NCBI RefSeq assembly: GCF_041886205.1
Contig: NZ_CP169029.1
Source of the DNA: Escherichia coli
Lineage (GTDB): Bacteria; Pseudomonadota; Gammaproteobacteria; Enterobacterales; Enterobacteriaceae
Direction: 5' to 3' (one strand)
DNA: 64,000 nucleotides
Positions 46,443 through 57,883 of this stretch are shown one piece after another. The stretch's first letter is position 1, and every line of letters starts with the position of its first letter. The notes beneath the pieces are model-generated. The model had not been told where the DNA came from and did not search any database. It worked only from the letters and a program-made list of their open reading frames with translations. Made by a program: the position numbers and the translations under genes.

Positions 46443-47582
46443 TTAGTACAGAGAGTGGGTGTTACGTTCAATATCTTCTTTGGTGATACGACCGAACATT
46501 TTCCAGTAACACCAGGCGGTGTAGAGCAGAATGATCGGTACCAGAACCACCGCAACCCAGGTCATGACGTTAAGCGTCAGCTGGCTGGAAGTTGCATCCC
46601 ACATTGTCAGACTTGCGTTCATCATGGTGCTGGACGGCATCACAAACGGGAACATTGCGATACCGGCTGTCAGGATGATGCAGGCCAGCGTCAGGGAGGA
46701 GAACACAAACGCCCACGCGGCTTTATCCATACGTGCAGTCAGGATGGTCAGCAGCGGCAGAACCACACCCAGTGCCGGAATAGCCCACAGAATTGGCGTG
46801 TTGTTGAAGTTAACCAGCCATGCGCCAGCTTCACGAACCACTTCTTTATTCAGTGGGTTAGAGGCTGCGTAATGGTCCATTGTCGATTTCACGACATAAC
46901 CATCGATACCGTACATCACCCATACGCCAGCCAGTGCGAAACAGACCAGTGTCACCAGCGCAGCCACCTGAGCCGTTGCACGGGTACGCAGGTGCAGTTC
47001 GCCCACGGTACGCATTTGCAGATAGGTTGCGCCCTGAGTAATGATCATCCCTACGCTCACCACGCCTGCCAGCAGGCCGAACGGGTTAAGCAACTGGAAG
47101 AAGTTACCGGTGTAGTACAGACGCAGATATTCATCAACGTTGAACGGTACGCCCTGCAACAGGTTACCGAACGCTACACCAATTACCAGCGGCGGAACGA
47201 AGCTACCAATGAAGATGCCCCAGTCCCACATGTTACGCCAGCGGGTTTCTTCAATCTTGGAGCGGTAGTCAAAACCGACCGGACGGAAGAACAAAGACGC
47301 CAGCACGAGGATCATCGCCACATAGAAGCCGGAGAACGCAGCGGCATAGACCATCGGCCAGGCAGCAAAGAGTGCGCCGCCCGCGGTGATCAGCCAAACC
47401 TGGTTACCGTCCCAGTGTGGTGCAATGGAGTTAATCATAATTCGACGCTCGGTGTCGTTACGACCGAGGAAACGGGTGAGCATGCCCACCCCCATGTCGA
47501 AACCGTCAGTGACTGCAAAACCAATCAGCAGAACGCCAACCAGCAGCCACCAGATAAAACGCAATACTTCATAATCGATCAT
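46443..47582 (-). CDS. cydB: Cytochrome bd-I ubiquinol oxidase subunit II
   Basis: 379 aa, MIDYEVLRFIWWLLVGVLLIGFAVTDGFDMGVG…. Confidence 0.95.
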   Translation of the reverse strand: MIDYEVLRFIWWLLVGVLLIGFAVTDGFDMGVGMLTRFLGRNDTERRIMINSIAPHWDGNQVWLITAGGALFAAWPMVYAAAFSGFYVAMILVLASLFFRPVGFDYRSKIEETRWRNMWDWGIFIGSFVPPLVIGVAFGNLLQGVPFNVDEYLRLYYTGNFFQLLNPFGLLAGVVSVGMIITQGATYLQMRTVGELHLRTRATAQVAALVTLVCFALAGVWVMYGIDGYVVKSTMDHYAASNPLNKEVVREAGAWLVNFNNTPILWAIPALGVVLPLLTILTARMDKAAWAFVFSSLTLACIILTAGIAMFPFVMPSSTMMNASLTMWDATSSQLTLNVMTWVAVVLVPIILLYTAWCYWKMFGRITKEDIERNTHSLY

Positions 47583-47597
47583 TTGACGACTCCTGTC

Positions 47598-49166
47598 TTA
47601 GCGTGCCGGCTGAGTAGTCGTGGAAGACTGCTCAAAGTGATAGCGACCGGTTTTCAGGCTGCTTGGGCCGAGGCGTGCAAACTTGAACATTAAGAACAAT
47701 TCTGCCACCAGGAACAGGGTATACAGGCCGCAAATCAGCACCATTGAGAAGATGAGATCGCCTGCGGTCAGTGACGAGTTCGCCACAGCTGTCGGCAGCA
47801 CTTCACCGATAGCCCACGGTTGGCGGCCATATTCAGCCACGAACCAGCCCGCTTCTACAGCAATCCACGGCAGCGGAATACCGTACAGCGCGGCGCGCAG
47901 AAGCCATTTTTTCTCGCCAATGCGGTTGCGGATGACACTCCAGAAAGAGAGCGCGATGATTGCCAGAAGCAGGAAGCCACACGCCACCATGATACGGAAC
48001 GCAAAGTACAGCGGCGCTACACGCGGGATGGAGTCTTTGGTTGCCTGTTGAATCTGCGCTTCAGTCGCATCAGCCACGTTTGGCGTATAGCGTTTCAGCA
48101 GCAGACCGTAACCGAGGTCTTTCTTCATGCTATTGAACTGGTCACGAACCGCCTGGTCGGTAGAACCAGAACGCAGTTGTTCGAGCAGAGAGTACGCCTT
48201 CATCCCGTTACGAATGCGTTCTTCATGCTGCACCATCAGCTCTTTCAGGCCGATAACCGGGGTATCCACGGAACGCGTTGCAATGATGCCCAGTGCGTAA
48301 GGGATCTGAATCGCAAATTTGTTCGTCTCCTCTTCCTGATCAGGAATGCCGAACAGAGTAAAGGCAGCAGGCGCAGGTTGCGTTTCCCACTCGGCTTCAA
48401 TAGCAGCCAGTTTGGTTTTCTGCACGTCGCCCATTTCGTAGCCGGATTCATCACCCAGAACAATAACAGACAGAACAGCAGCCATACCGAAGCTGGCAGC
48501 GATAGCAAAGGAGCGTTTAGCGAAGGCGAAGTCACGACCTTTCAGCATATACCATGCGCTGATACCGAGGATGAACATCGCGCCAGTCACATAACCAGAC
48601 GCTACAGTGTGAACGAATTTCACCTGAGCAACCGGGTTAAGCACCAGCTCGGAGAAGCTCACCATCTCCATACGCATAGTTTCAAAGTTGAAATCGGACG
48701 CGATTGGGTTTTGCATCCAGCCGTTCGCAACCAGAATCCACAGTGCGGACAGGTTTGAACCGAGCGCCACCAGCCAGGTGACACACATATGCTGAACTTT
48801 ACCCAGACGATCCCAACCGAAGAAGAACAGACCTACAAAGGTGGATTCGAGGAAGAAGGCCATCAGACCTTCGATTGCCAGCGGCGCACCGAAGATATCC
48901 CCTACATAGTGGGAATAGTAAGACCAGTTAGTCCCGAACTGGAACTCCATGGTCAGACCGGTAGCCACACCCAGAGCGAAGTTGATACCAAACAACTTGC
49001 CCCAGAACTTGGTCATATCTTTATAAATCTGTTTGCCGGAGAGGACGTAGACCGTTTCCATAATGGCCAGCAGGAACGCCATACCGAGCGTCAGTGGCAC
49101 AAAAAGGAAGTGGTACATCGCGGTCAAGGCAAACTGTAAGCGCGACAGTTCGACTATATCTAACAT
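47598..49166 (-). CDS. cydA: Cytochrome bd-I ubiquinol oxidase subunit I
   Basis: 522 aa, [41 protein letters not shown]…; the ORF track begins one codon upstream. Confidence 0.95.
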
Positions 49167-49503
49167 CATGACTCCTTGCTCATCGCATGAAGACTCCGAG
49201 AGTGAACCCCGTTAGAAAGGGTCACACGCATGCCCCAATACAAAATTATTTGCTCGCCTCTATCGTTGCCATTTCATCTAAAGAGGAAAAGACAATGATA
49301 AAAAAGTTACAAATATGTTAATGAATAAACCAAATTGATCCCGTAATTATATTACGCCGCAAAATCCTTACAATAAACAGGTTTTTATTGAGCAAATTTG
49401 CATTTTTCGACAGTGATCAATTTATAGCGAAATTGTCACGACCTCACCAATTTGATCTACGACAATTTATCGTGTTTTGCAGATTTATTTCAAGAATTAA
49501 AAA

Positions 49504-49517
49504 TTGATTTATATCAA
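49504..49517. promoter_or_regulatory. Candidate FNR/CRP-family site in the AT-rich cydAB control region
   Basis: TTGATTTATATCAA matches TTGAT-N4-ATCAA exactly; lies about 340 bp upstream of cydA. Confidence 0.45.
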
Positions 49518-49971
49518 AATCAACCAAATATGTTAATAATGTATAAACCATAGATCATTGGTAATTTTATTGTTAATTTATTGTGAAATATTTATGCAAC
49601 ACAATAATTACAATGAAAAAGTATAGATAAAAAACCAGTGTTTTATTTAACAGAACCGCCCTATCCACTTTTTATAATACCAATTGATTAGAGTAGCCAA
49701 TTTGTTGCTATTTCACATAACATATTTTTATCAAAGTTAATTGATTGTTGCCTTTATGAGCACCGACCGTATGCCCGTTATGTTATTGTTTCATTAGTAA
49801 TAATCACTTAAATGTATCGATGAAACAGGTATGACTTAGCGGGAGTGATTGTTTCTGAGTGAACAGAGACCACTTTCGCCTGATAAATGAAAAATGAGCG
49901 ATTTTTGCAAGTTAGTTTTTCTATAGCCGAGTACGCTCAGCGCCTCGCTTGATTACAATGAGGTTGCTGCT

Positions 49972-50916
49972 ATGAGTCCTGATAATATCAGTTCTGCTGT
50001 CAATCGCTTCTCAGGTTGGCCATCTAATGATCCTCTAAAAACAGATAAAGAATCAATGACATCACCCGTGACTGTGCAGGTAATAAAGATGATTGCCGCC
50101 ATCCTTGACCCACATCGGATAGTCGTTGGAATTGATACACTTTATACAACGCAGCGCGAAACATTTACCTCAGAGAGTCAACAGCTCATTGAATCAGCAT
50201 TGCAAACACTTCATGTGATGAATTTAAATAACCTGGAAACAAATCGCGATGAAGAAGGTCACTATCTGGCTTTTGAATATAACCTTGACACCTCTGACAG
50301 AATAACCGTTTCTGCTTATAATGAAAAAAATCTTGGCTGCTATGGCCAATGTCTTTTAATACAGGATGACGAAACAGACTTATTCAACCTGATAAAAATT
50401 AAAATTTTTGAAGCCAGGCATAATTATGTCGCTCAATTGATGAGCGATCCGGAATTTATGTTCAAATTCAGTTATAGCGCTCAACAAAATAGATTAGAAC
50501 CTCATCTTCTGGTTCCCGCTTATTTTCCTCTAAAAACAAACGAACCGGTTACGCAAGAGGATGTACTGTTACTTTATCGTTTCTTTAAAATGAATGATGA
50601 TTTTAATAAATTAACATCAGATGAATACATGAGTATCATGACACCTCTGATGAAGTGTGAGCGTAGCGTCCACGACCACAACAGGTATGTGACGGGCAAA
50701 GATACCCTTCTCCTGGACTATCCTCCTTCTGGTAACCAGATACATTTCCATGTTTTCCCTGACGAATCAGCAACACTAGTCCTTTATTTTTCAAACAATG
50801 ACCTTGAATGTTTCGTCTTTGAAAAAGATATTCCGAGCCAGTATCGCTTTTTCAAAATGTTTACCAATCTGGCACTGGTTATAGATCAGTTAACCGAAGC
50901 CAATAAAATACTTTAA
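49972..50916 (+). CDS. Hypothetical protein, 314 aa, no recognisable domain; AT-rich
   Basis: Long ORF with plausible RBS (GAGG) before ATG. Strongly AT-biased codon usage unlike flanking core genes, no signal peptide or TM segment visible. Confidence 0.55.
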   Translation: MSPDNISSAVNRFSGWPSNDPLKTDKESMTSPVTVQVIKMIAAILDPHRIVVGIDTLYTTQRETFTSESQQLIESALQTLHVMNLNNLETNRDEEGHYLAFEYNLDTSDRITVSAYNEKNLGCYGQCLLIQDDETDLFNLIKIKIFEARHNYVAQLMSDPEFMFKFSYSAQQNRLEPHLLVPAYFPLKTNEPVTQEDVLLLYRFFKMNDDFNKLTSDEYMSIMTPLMKCERSVHDHNRYVTGKDTLLLDYPPSGNQIHFHVFPDESATLVLYFSNNDLECFVFEKDIPSQYRFFKMFTNLALVIDQLTEANKIL

Positions 50917-50997
50917 TTTTCTATATATCCTCTGTGACAAATATTGCTTAACAATGCCCGGGGATTAATTTTTATTACTCACGGTAAGATTTAAATA

Positions 50998-51480
50998 ATG
51001 ATACCATCTCAGATCTCTTTCAATACTCTTCCTGTCAATGCAACATACGCTTCAGAGACAACAGTTGACACACAAAAATTCTCTGAAATCCTCTACTCAG
51101 CGGGGTGTTCCCTAAAGGATCTGGCTTATCTGAACAGATGTCTGGCATCATTACACCCAACTATCGCCAAAAACATTTATGAAACAGAAAATCTCAGCGA
51201 TCAAAAATTACTGCATATTGATTGCCGTAGTACAAATGAAATCAAGATAAATATCTTTTTTGGTCAGCAACGAGAAGGATTAATTGAAATTAGTTCTGAC
51301 ACAGTTATTTTTTCGATACTGTCTTCATTGATTGACTCCGCCATTTCTAAATTTCAACACCAAATCCCGTTAACGGTTCAGTTAATCCTGAACTATTGTA
51401 TGAGGATTATACTGATTAAATCCACCCTGTCGCGAAAAATGGCCTACGTTATTGCCAGACGTAATAAAACCTTTGATTAA
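50998..51480 (+). CDS. Hypothetical protein, 160 aa, no recognisable domain; AT-rich
   Basis: Co-directional with the preceding ORF, 81-bp spacer, similar AT-rich composition. Confidence 0.5.
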   Translation: MIPSQISFNTLPVNATYASETTVDTQKFSEILYSAGCSLKDLAYLNRCLASLHPTIAKNIYETENLSDQKLLHIDCRSTNEIKINIFFGQQREGLIEISSDTVIFSILSSLIDSAISKFQHQIPLTVQLILNYCMRIILIKSTLSRKMAYVIARRNKTFD

Positions 51481-51966
51481 CGTTACTCATACTGGTAGCA
51501 CCTTCATGTACCTCTCTTTTTTACGAAAAATCAAAAGAGCTAACGAAGGTCATAATTCGCATGAATCATTAATCATTTGTTATTTTCAACATTATTTTTA
51601 TATTAAGCAGAAATGAATTGCAGTGAAATTCGACTTAAATTTTATGAAATGCATTTACTCATGGCTAAACCCATATCACCAAAATGCAAATTAGAAGTAG
51701 ATCACAATTATCTCAATACATCAAATCAAGTTAATTTTAAAAATTTAACATTCATGACATTAGTTGACATAACATACTGAATTAACATGGAAATTTAAAA
51801 CCACACGTTAAACAATCATTTCCCGAAAGACATTTTGAAAATAGATCAATTGCAACATTACGGTCAGATAAAGACACTCCTGTGATATTAAACCTACGCC
51901 GTTATGAACGGCCATAAATACGACGTGTGTAACTTATTTTACTCTCTGTCTTACAAAGGATTACCC

Positions 51967-52416
51967 ATGAAGAAAACAACACTTGTGATTGGCGTTATTG
52001 GCGCGGACTGCCATGCAGTAGGCAATAAAGTTCTGGACCGCGTTTTTAGCAACCACGACTTCAGAGTCATTAATCTGGGCGTAATGGTCAGCCAGGACGA
52101 ATATATTGATGCTGCCATTGAAACTGGCGCTGACGCGATTGTCGTCTCCTCTATCTATGGGCATGGCGATATCGACTGTCTGGGCATGCGCGAACGCTGC
52201 ATCGAGCGTGGACTGGGGGACATCCTCCTCTATGTGGGCGGTAACCTGGTGGTCGGAAAACATGACTTCGCTGACGTGGAAACCAAGTTCAAAGAGATGG
52301 GATTTGATCGCGTCTTTGCCCCAAGTCATGACTTAGAAGATGTTTGTCAGCTGATGGCCCACGATATCAACCAACGTCATGACGTTGATACTCGCATTCT
52401 TGAAGAGGCAATCTGA
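51967..52416 (+). CDS. Glutamate mutase sigma (S) subunit, B12-binding domain (methylaspartate mutase small subunit)
   Basis: [27 protein letters not shown]… carries the cobalamin-binding DxHxxG-type motif (…DCHAVGNK…); about 149 aa. The ORF track begins upstream at 51904. Confidence 0.85.
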   Translation: MKKTTLVIGVIGADCHAVGNKVLDRVFSNHDFRVINLGVMVSQDEYIDAAIETGADAIVVSSIYGHGDIDCLGMRERCIERGLGDILLYVGGNLVVGKHDFADVETKFKEMGFDRVFAPSHDLEDVCQLMAHDINQRHDVDTRILEEAI

Positions 52417-53804
52417 TGCAAATCGTCTCTGTCGATATTGGATCGACGTGGACCAAAGCAGCCCTCTTCACCCGGGAGGGGGACGCGTTAACGTTGGTTA
52501 ACCACGTACTGACCCCAACCACCACCCATCATCTGGCGAAGGGGTTTTTCTCCAGCCTGAACCAGGTGTTAAACGTAGATAATGCCCTCCCCCTGTTAAA
52601 CAGCGGTGAGGTTGCATTGAAGTATTCCTCCTCTGCCAAAGGTGGGCTGGCGGTTGCCGCAATGGGATTAGTGCCTTCTATCACCCTGGAAACCGCGAAA
52701 GTAACTGCTCACTCAGCGGGTGCTAAAATTGCGCAATATTATGCCTACAAGCTGAACCGCCGTGATATCCAGGCACTGGAAGAAACGCAGCCCGATATTC
52801 TCTTGTTCACCGGCGGCACCGACGGCGGAGAAGAAAGCTACGGACTGAATAACGCCCGTGTGCTGGCAGAATCCAAACTCGACTGCGCCATTATTTATGC
52901 CGGAAACCGGGATATTCAGGACGAGGTGCAGGAGATCCTCGGGCATAAAGACCTGACCATCGTCGACAACGTTCTGCCCGATCTTGACCATCCGAACCCT
53001 TTAGCTGCACGCCAGGCTATCTGCGACATATTCCTTAAACGCATCGTTAAAGGGAAAGGGCTGGATGTCATTGTTGATAAAACAGGCGAAGAACCAATGC
53101 CGACACCATGGACGGTCTTTGAACTGGTTAAGGCAATCAGTAACGTCGATCACAGCTGGAAAGAGTTCATGCTGATCGACATGGGCGGCGCAACCACCGA
53201 TGTTTATTCCGCCTGTGCCAACACGCTCTCGCCCGACACCGTTTTACACGGCGTACCGGAACCCTTCGTAAAACGGACGGTGGAAGGCGATCTGGGAATG
53301 CGCGTCTCGGCAGTGGTGGTTGGTGAAAGTGCGAAAGAGTTAGTCAATGTGAATTTTGCTCAGCAACCCGCACAGCTGGACGCTTTTTATCATTATCTCC
53401 GTCATTTAGTCGCTCATCCCGACTACTTACCCGCAAATGCAGAAGAGAAATATTTCGATACCGTCCTGGCCGGACTGTGTGTGGGTTATGCCACCGAAAG
53501 ACATGCGGGCACCAAAAAAGAGGTCTGCACCTGCGTCGGCAATGTCGATTTACAGATGGGACGCGACCTGACAACCGTGCGTAAAGTCGTGGGATCCGGC
53601 GGATGGCTCTCGCGTGCCAGTCAGTTCGATATGCATCACTGGTTGAAATACCGCGAGTTAAACGACGACGGTAAACGCATTCTCTTACCGACCGAATTTG
53701 AATATTACCGCGATTCCCGGGGGCTATTACCACTGCTGGCAAACGTCGCCAGAGTCGATCCTCTGGCCGCCGCGCGCACCAGTATTCAATGCTTAACCCT
53801 ATAA
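52416..53804 (+). CDS. Glutamate mutase accessory protein (GlmL/MutL-like, actin-fold ATPase)
   Basis: 462 aa, [18 protein letters not shown]…; placed between the S and E subunit genes as in clostridial operons. Confidence 0.75.
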   Translation: MQIVSVDIGSTWTKAALFTREGDALTLVNHVLTPTTTHHLAKGFFSSLNQVLNVDNALPLLNSGEVALKYSSSAKGGLAVAAMGLVPSITLETAKVTAHSAGAKIAQYYAYKLNRRDIQALEETQPDILLFTGGTDGGEESYGLNNARVLAESKLDCAIIYAGNRDIQDEVQEILGHKDLTIVDNVLPDLDHPNPLAARQAICDIFLKRIVKGKGLDVIVDKTGEEPMPTPWTVFELVKAISNVDHSWKEFMLIDMGGATTDVYSACANTLSPDTVLHGVPEPFVKRTVEGDLGMRVSAVVVGESAKELVNVNFAQQPAQLDAFYHYLRHLVAHPDYLPANAEEKYFDTVLAGLCVGYATERHAGTKKEVCTCVGNVDLQMGRDLTTVRKVVGSGGWLSRASQFDMHHWLKYRELNDDGKRILLPTEFEYYRDSRGLLPLLANVARVDPLAAARTSIQCLTL

Positions 53805-53822
53805 CAATTAAGGCTGCAATCA

Positions 53823-55268
53823 ATGGAACTTCGAAATAAGAAATTAACCCATGACGAATTCATGACCGAGCGGCAACAGGTACTGAAAACCTGGGAAACC
53901 GGCAAGGATGTTGAAAACTTTGAAGATGGCGTTAAATACCAACAAACCATCCCTGAGCATAAACGCTTCTCTCTTGCGCTGCTGAAAGCAGACAAGGAAG
54001 GTAAAACCCTTAGCCAACCGCGCGCAGGTGTGGCGCTGATGGACGAACACATCGAACTACTGAAAACACTACAAGAAGAGTGCGATCTGCTGCCAAGCAC
54101 CATCGATGCATATACCCGTCTGAATCGGTACGAAGAAGCGGCTGTAGGGATTAAAAAATCCATCGAAGCCGGAACCTCTAAACTGAACGGTTTACCGGTA
54201 GTTAACCACGGCGTCGCAGCTTGCCGTCGCCTCACCGAAACCCTGCAAAAACCGCTACAGATCCGCCACGGCACGCCAGATGCGCGTCTGCTGGCTGAAA
54301 TCTCGATGTCCAGCGGCTTTACCAGTTACGAAGGCGGCGGCATTTCCTACAACATTCCGTATGCCAAACGCGTAACGCTGGAAAAATCGATCCGCGACTG
54401 GCAGTACTGCGACCGTTTAATGGGGATGTACGAAGAACACGGGATCCGCATCAACCGCGAACCATTTGGCCCACTAACGGGTACGCTGATCCCGCCGTTT
54501 ATCTCGCACTCTATCGCCATAATCGAAGGATTGCTGGCACTGGAACAGGGTGTGAAATCTATCACCGTTGGTTATGGCCAGGTCGGCAGCCTGACGCAGG
54601 ATGTTGCGGCGATCCAGTCTCTGCGTGAACTTGCACACGAATATTTTCAGAGCTATGGCTATACCGACTATGAATTGAGTACCGTGTTTCACCAGTGGAT
54701 GGGCGGCTTTCCGGAAGACGAATCGAAAGCGTTCGCTATTATCTCCTGGGGCGCAGCCGTCGCGGGGATGTCTGGTGCCACCAAAGTCATCACCAAAAGT
54801 CCGCACGAAGCCTGGGGCATCCCGACTGCCGCTGCCAACATTCAAGGGCTAAAAGCCTCCCGCCAGATGCTCAACATGGTCAATGAGCAGAAATTCCCGC
54901 CGTGCCCTGCGGTTGAACTGGAAATTGAACTGATTAAGAGCGAGGTTCGCGCGGTACTGAATAAAGTGTTTGAACTGGGTAATGGTGATATTGCGCGCGG
55001 TACGGTGCTGGCATTTGAAGCGGGCGTACTGGATGTGCCGTTTGCGCCAGCCGCCTGCAACGCGGGCAAAATTCTTCCGGTCCGTGACAACACCGGCGCG
55101 ATACGCGTACTGGAAGCCGGAGCCGTTCCATTGCCAAAAGATATTCTCGACCTCCACCACGATTACGTTGCGGAACGCGCACGCTTTGAAGGACGCCAAC
55201 CGACATTCCAGATGGTTGTAGATGACATCAATGCTGTATCCCACAGTAAATTAATAGGAAGACCATAA
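53823..55268 (+). CDS. Glutamate mutase epsilon (E) subunit (methylaspartate mutase large subunit)
   Basis: 481 aa; TIM-barrel mutase E-subunit-like sequence immediately after S and L. Confidence 0.85.
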   Translation: MELRNKKLTHDEFMTERQQVLKTWETGKDVENFEDGVKYQQTIPEHKRFSLALLKADKEGKTLSQPRAGVALMDEHIELLKTLQEECDLLPSTIDAYTRLNRYEEAAVGIKKSIEAGTSKLNGLPVVNHGVAACRRLTETLQKPLQIRHGTPDARLLAEISMSSGFTSYEGGGISYNIPYAKRVTLEKSIRDWQYCDRLMGMYEEHGIRINREPFGPLTGTLIPPFISHSIAIIEGLLALEQGVKSITVGYGQVGSLTQDVAAIQSLRELAHEYFQSYGYTDYELSTVFHQWMGGFPEDESKAFAIISWGAAVAGMSGATKVITKSPHEAWGIPTAAANIQGLKASRQMLNMVNEQKFPPCPAVELEIELIKSEVRAVLNKVFELGNGDIARGTVLAFEAGVLDVPFAPAACNAGKILPVRDNTGAIRVLEAGAVPLPKDILDLHHDYVAERARFEGRQPTFQMVVDDINAVSHSKLIGRP

Positions 55269-56509
55269 TGAAAATAAAACAGGCTCTGTTCACCGCTGGC
55301 TACTCCTCATTCTATTTCGATGACCAGCAGGCGATAAAAAACGGAGCGGGTCATGACGGCTTTTTTTATACCGGGGAGCCGGTAACACAGGGGTTTAACG
55401 CCGTTCGTCAGGCCGGGGAGTGCGTATCGGTACAGTTGATTCTGGAAAACGGCGCGGTCGCCGTAGGTGACTGTGCTACCGTACAGTATTCCGGGGCAGG
55501 TGGTCGCGATCCACTGTTCCTCGCAGAGCACTTTATTCCGTTCCTCAACGATCATATCAAGCCATTACTGGTAGGCCGCGATGTGGATGCTTTCCTGCCG
55601 AATGCCCGTTTCTTCGACAAATTGCGTATTGACGGCAACTTGCTGCATACCGCCGTGCGCTACGGATTATCACAGGCGCTGCTTGATGCTACCGCGCTGG
55701 CAACCGGCCGTCTGAAAACTGAAGTGGTCTGTGATGAATGGCAGTTGCCACGCGTGGCGGAATCCATTCCATTATTTGGTCAGAGCGGCGACGATCGATA
55801 TATCGCCGTCGATAAGATGATCCTTAAAGGCATCGACGTGCTGCCCCATGCGCTGATTAATAACGTCGAGGAGAAGCTGGGCTTTAAAGGTGAAAAACTG
55901 CGCGAATATGTCCGCTGGCTGTCGGATCGCATTCTGAGCAAGCGCACCAGCGCACGCTACCACCCTACCCTGCACATCGATGTATACGGCACTATCGGTC
56001 TGATCTTCGATATGGATCCGCTTCGCTGTGCGCAATACATCGCCAGCCTGGAAACAGAAGCGCAAGGCCTGCCGCTCTACATTGAAGGGCCGGTCGATGC
56101 CGGTAACAAGCCCGATCAAATTCGCCTGCTGACCGCGATTACCAAAGAGCTGACGCGCCTCGGTTCTGGCGTGAAAATTGTGGCCGATGAATGGTGTAAC
56201 ACTTACCAGGATATTGTTGATTTCACCGATGCCGCCAGTTGCCACATGGTGCAAATCAAAACCCCGGATCTGGGCAGTATTCACAACATCGTCGATGCGG
56301 TTCTTTACTGCAACAGCCACAGCATGGAAGCATACCAGGGCGGCACCTGCAATGAAACTGATGTCAGTGCCCGCACCTGTGTCCACGTCGCCCTAGCCGC
56401 TCGCCCTATGCGTATGCTGGTAAAACCAGGGATGGGCTTTGACGAAGGCCTCGATATCGTCTTCAACGAAATGAATCGTACTATCGCGCTGTTGCAGGCT
56501 AAGGATTAA
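55268..56509 (+). CDS. mal: 3-methylaspartate ammonia-lyase (enolase superfamily)
   Basis: 413 aa, MKIKQALFTAGYSSFYFDDQQAIKNGAGHDGFFYTGEPVT…; start overlaps the mutase E stop (TAATG). Confidence 0.85.
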   Translation: MKIKQALFTAGYSSFYFDDQQAIKNGAGHDGFFYTGEPVTQGFNAVRQAGECVSVQLILENGAVAVGDCATVQYSGAGGRDPLFLAEHFIPFLNDHIKPLLVGRDVDAFLPNARFFDKLRIDGNLLHTAVRYGLSQALLDATALATGRLKTEVVCDEWQLPRVAESIPLFGQSGDDRYIAVDKMILKGIDVLPHALINNVEEKLGFKGEKLREYVRWLSDRILSKRTSARYHPTLHIDVYGTIGLIFDMDPLRCAQYIASLETEAQGLPLYIEGPVDAGNKPDQIRLLTAITKELTRLGSGVKIVADEWCNTYQDIVDFTDAASCHMVQIKTPDLGSIHNIVDAVLYCNSHSMEAYQGGTCNETDVSARTCVHVALAARPMRMLVKPGMGFDEGLDIVFNEMNRTIALLQAKD

Positions 56510-56512
56510 CAA

Positions 56513-57883
56513 ATGGCTCGTTCTTTTAAAGTCTTATCGCCAACGGCAATCCTCGGGTATGGATTCCCGGAAGAGAGCTTCCGCAAAGCGATGGCAGAAT
56601 CGCCTGATCTGATCGCCGTTGATGCAGGCTCTTCCGATCCTGGCCCCCACTACCTCGGAGCGGGCAAACCGTTTACCGATCGCGCAGGGGTCAAGCGCGA
56701 TCTGCGCTATATGATCACCGCAGGCGTGCAAAATAATATACCGGTGGTGATCGGAACGGCCGGCGGTTCTGGTGCCGCACCACACCTGGAGTGGTGCCGA
56801 GAAATAATTCATGAGATTGCCCGGGAAGAGCTCCTCTCGTTCTCGATGGCACTGATCCCGGCAGACGTTGACAAAGCCATCGTCCACCAGGCGCTGGATA
56901 ACGGCAAAATCACGGCGCTGGATTTTGTCCCGCCGTTAACCCACGACGCGATTGACGAAAGTACGTATATCGTCGCGCAAATGGGCATCGAACCCTTCCA
57001 GCGGGCGCTGAAAGAAGGCGCGCAAGTGGTGCTGGGCGGGCGCGCTTACGACCCGGCCTGCTTTGCTGCGCTCCCGATCATGCAAGGCTTTGATGAAGGT
57101 CTGGCGCTGCATTGTGGGAAAATCCTTGAATGCGCGGCAATCGCCGCAACGCCCGGCTCAGGCTCTGACTGTGCGATGGGCATCATTGATGACAACGGCT
57201 TTACGCTGAAGACATTTAATCCGAAGCGTAAATTTACCGAAACGTCAGCAGCTGCACACACACTGTATGAGAAATCCGATCCCTACTTCCTGCCAGGACC
57301 TGGCGGCGTGTTGAACCTGAAAGGCTGCACATTTAAAGCAGTCAATGACGGCGAAGTGTACGTCAGCGGTTCCAAGCATGAAGAAACGCCGTATGCCCTG
57401 AAACTGGAAGGTGCGCGACGGGTGGGCTTCCGCTGTCTGACCATCGCCGGAACGCGCGACCCGATCATGATCGCCGGGATCGATAAAATCATCGATGAAG
57501 TCAAAACCAGCGTTTCGCGTAACCTGTCGCTAGACGATGACAGCATTCGCATCAATTTCCACCTGTACGGCAAAAACGGGGTGATGGGCGACCATGAACC
57601 GATGCAAACTGCCGGGCATGAGCTGGGGATTGTCCTTGATGTAGTTGCACCGACCCAGGAAATTGCCAATAGTGTTTGCTCGCTGGTGCGCTCTACCATG
57701 CTGCACTACGGCTATGAAAACCGCATCGCTACCGCAGGCAACCTGGCGTTCCCGTTCTCTCCTTCTGATATCCAGGGCGGGCCGGTATACGAATTTTCCA
57801 TATATCACCTGATTGAAGCCAACGACGCTCTGCGTTTTGATTTCCATATTGAACAGGTGACGCCAGAAGGAGTTCAGGCATGA
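56513..57883 (+). CDS. Uncharacterised protein, 456 aa, resembling the AtuA-like (DUF1446) family
   Basis: Family assignment by remembered similarity only; in-operon position right after mal with a 3-bp gap. Confidence 0.6.
   Translation: MARSFKVLSPTAILGYGFPEESFRKAMAESPDLIAVDAGSSDPGPHYLGAGKPFTDRAGVKRDLRYMITAGVQNNIPVVIGTAGGSGAAPHLEWCREIIHEIAREELLSFSMALIPADVDKAIVHQALDNGKITALDFVPPLTHDAIDESTYIVAQMGIEPFQRALKEGAQVVLGGRAYDPACFAALPIMQGFDEGLALHCGKILECAAIAATPGSGSDCAMGIIDDNGFTLKTFNPKRKFTETSAAAHTLYEKSDPYFLPGPGGVLNLKGCTFKAVNDGEVYVSGSKHEETPYALKLEGARRVGFRCLTIAGTRDPIMIAGIDKIIDEVKTSVSRNLSLDDDSIRINFHLYGKNGVMGDHEPMQTAGHELGIVLDVVAPTQEIANSVCSLVRSTMLHYGYENRIATAGNLAFPFSPSDIQGGPVYEFSIYHLIEANDALRFDFHIEQVTPEGVQA

Noticed and set aside
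47820-48758. 312-aa ORF on the plus strand
   Set aside because: Antisense to cydA; no RBS, and the composition reflects the opposite-strand gene.
49170-49971. Long, extremely AT-rich intergenic region that might hide a small gene or a mobile-element end
   Set aside because: No ORF with an RBS, no inverted repeats or att-like direct repeats found by eye. Most parsimonious reading is the cydAB control region running into the island boundary, though the exact boundary is unresolved.
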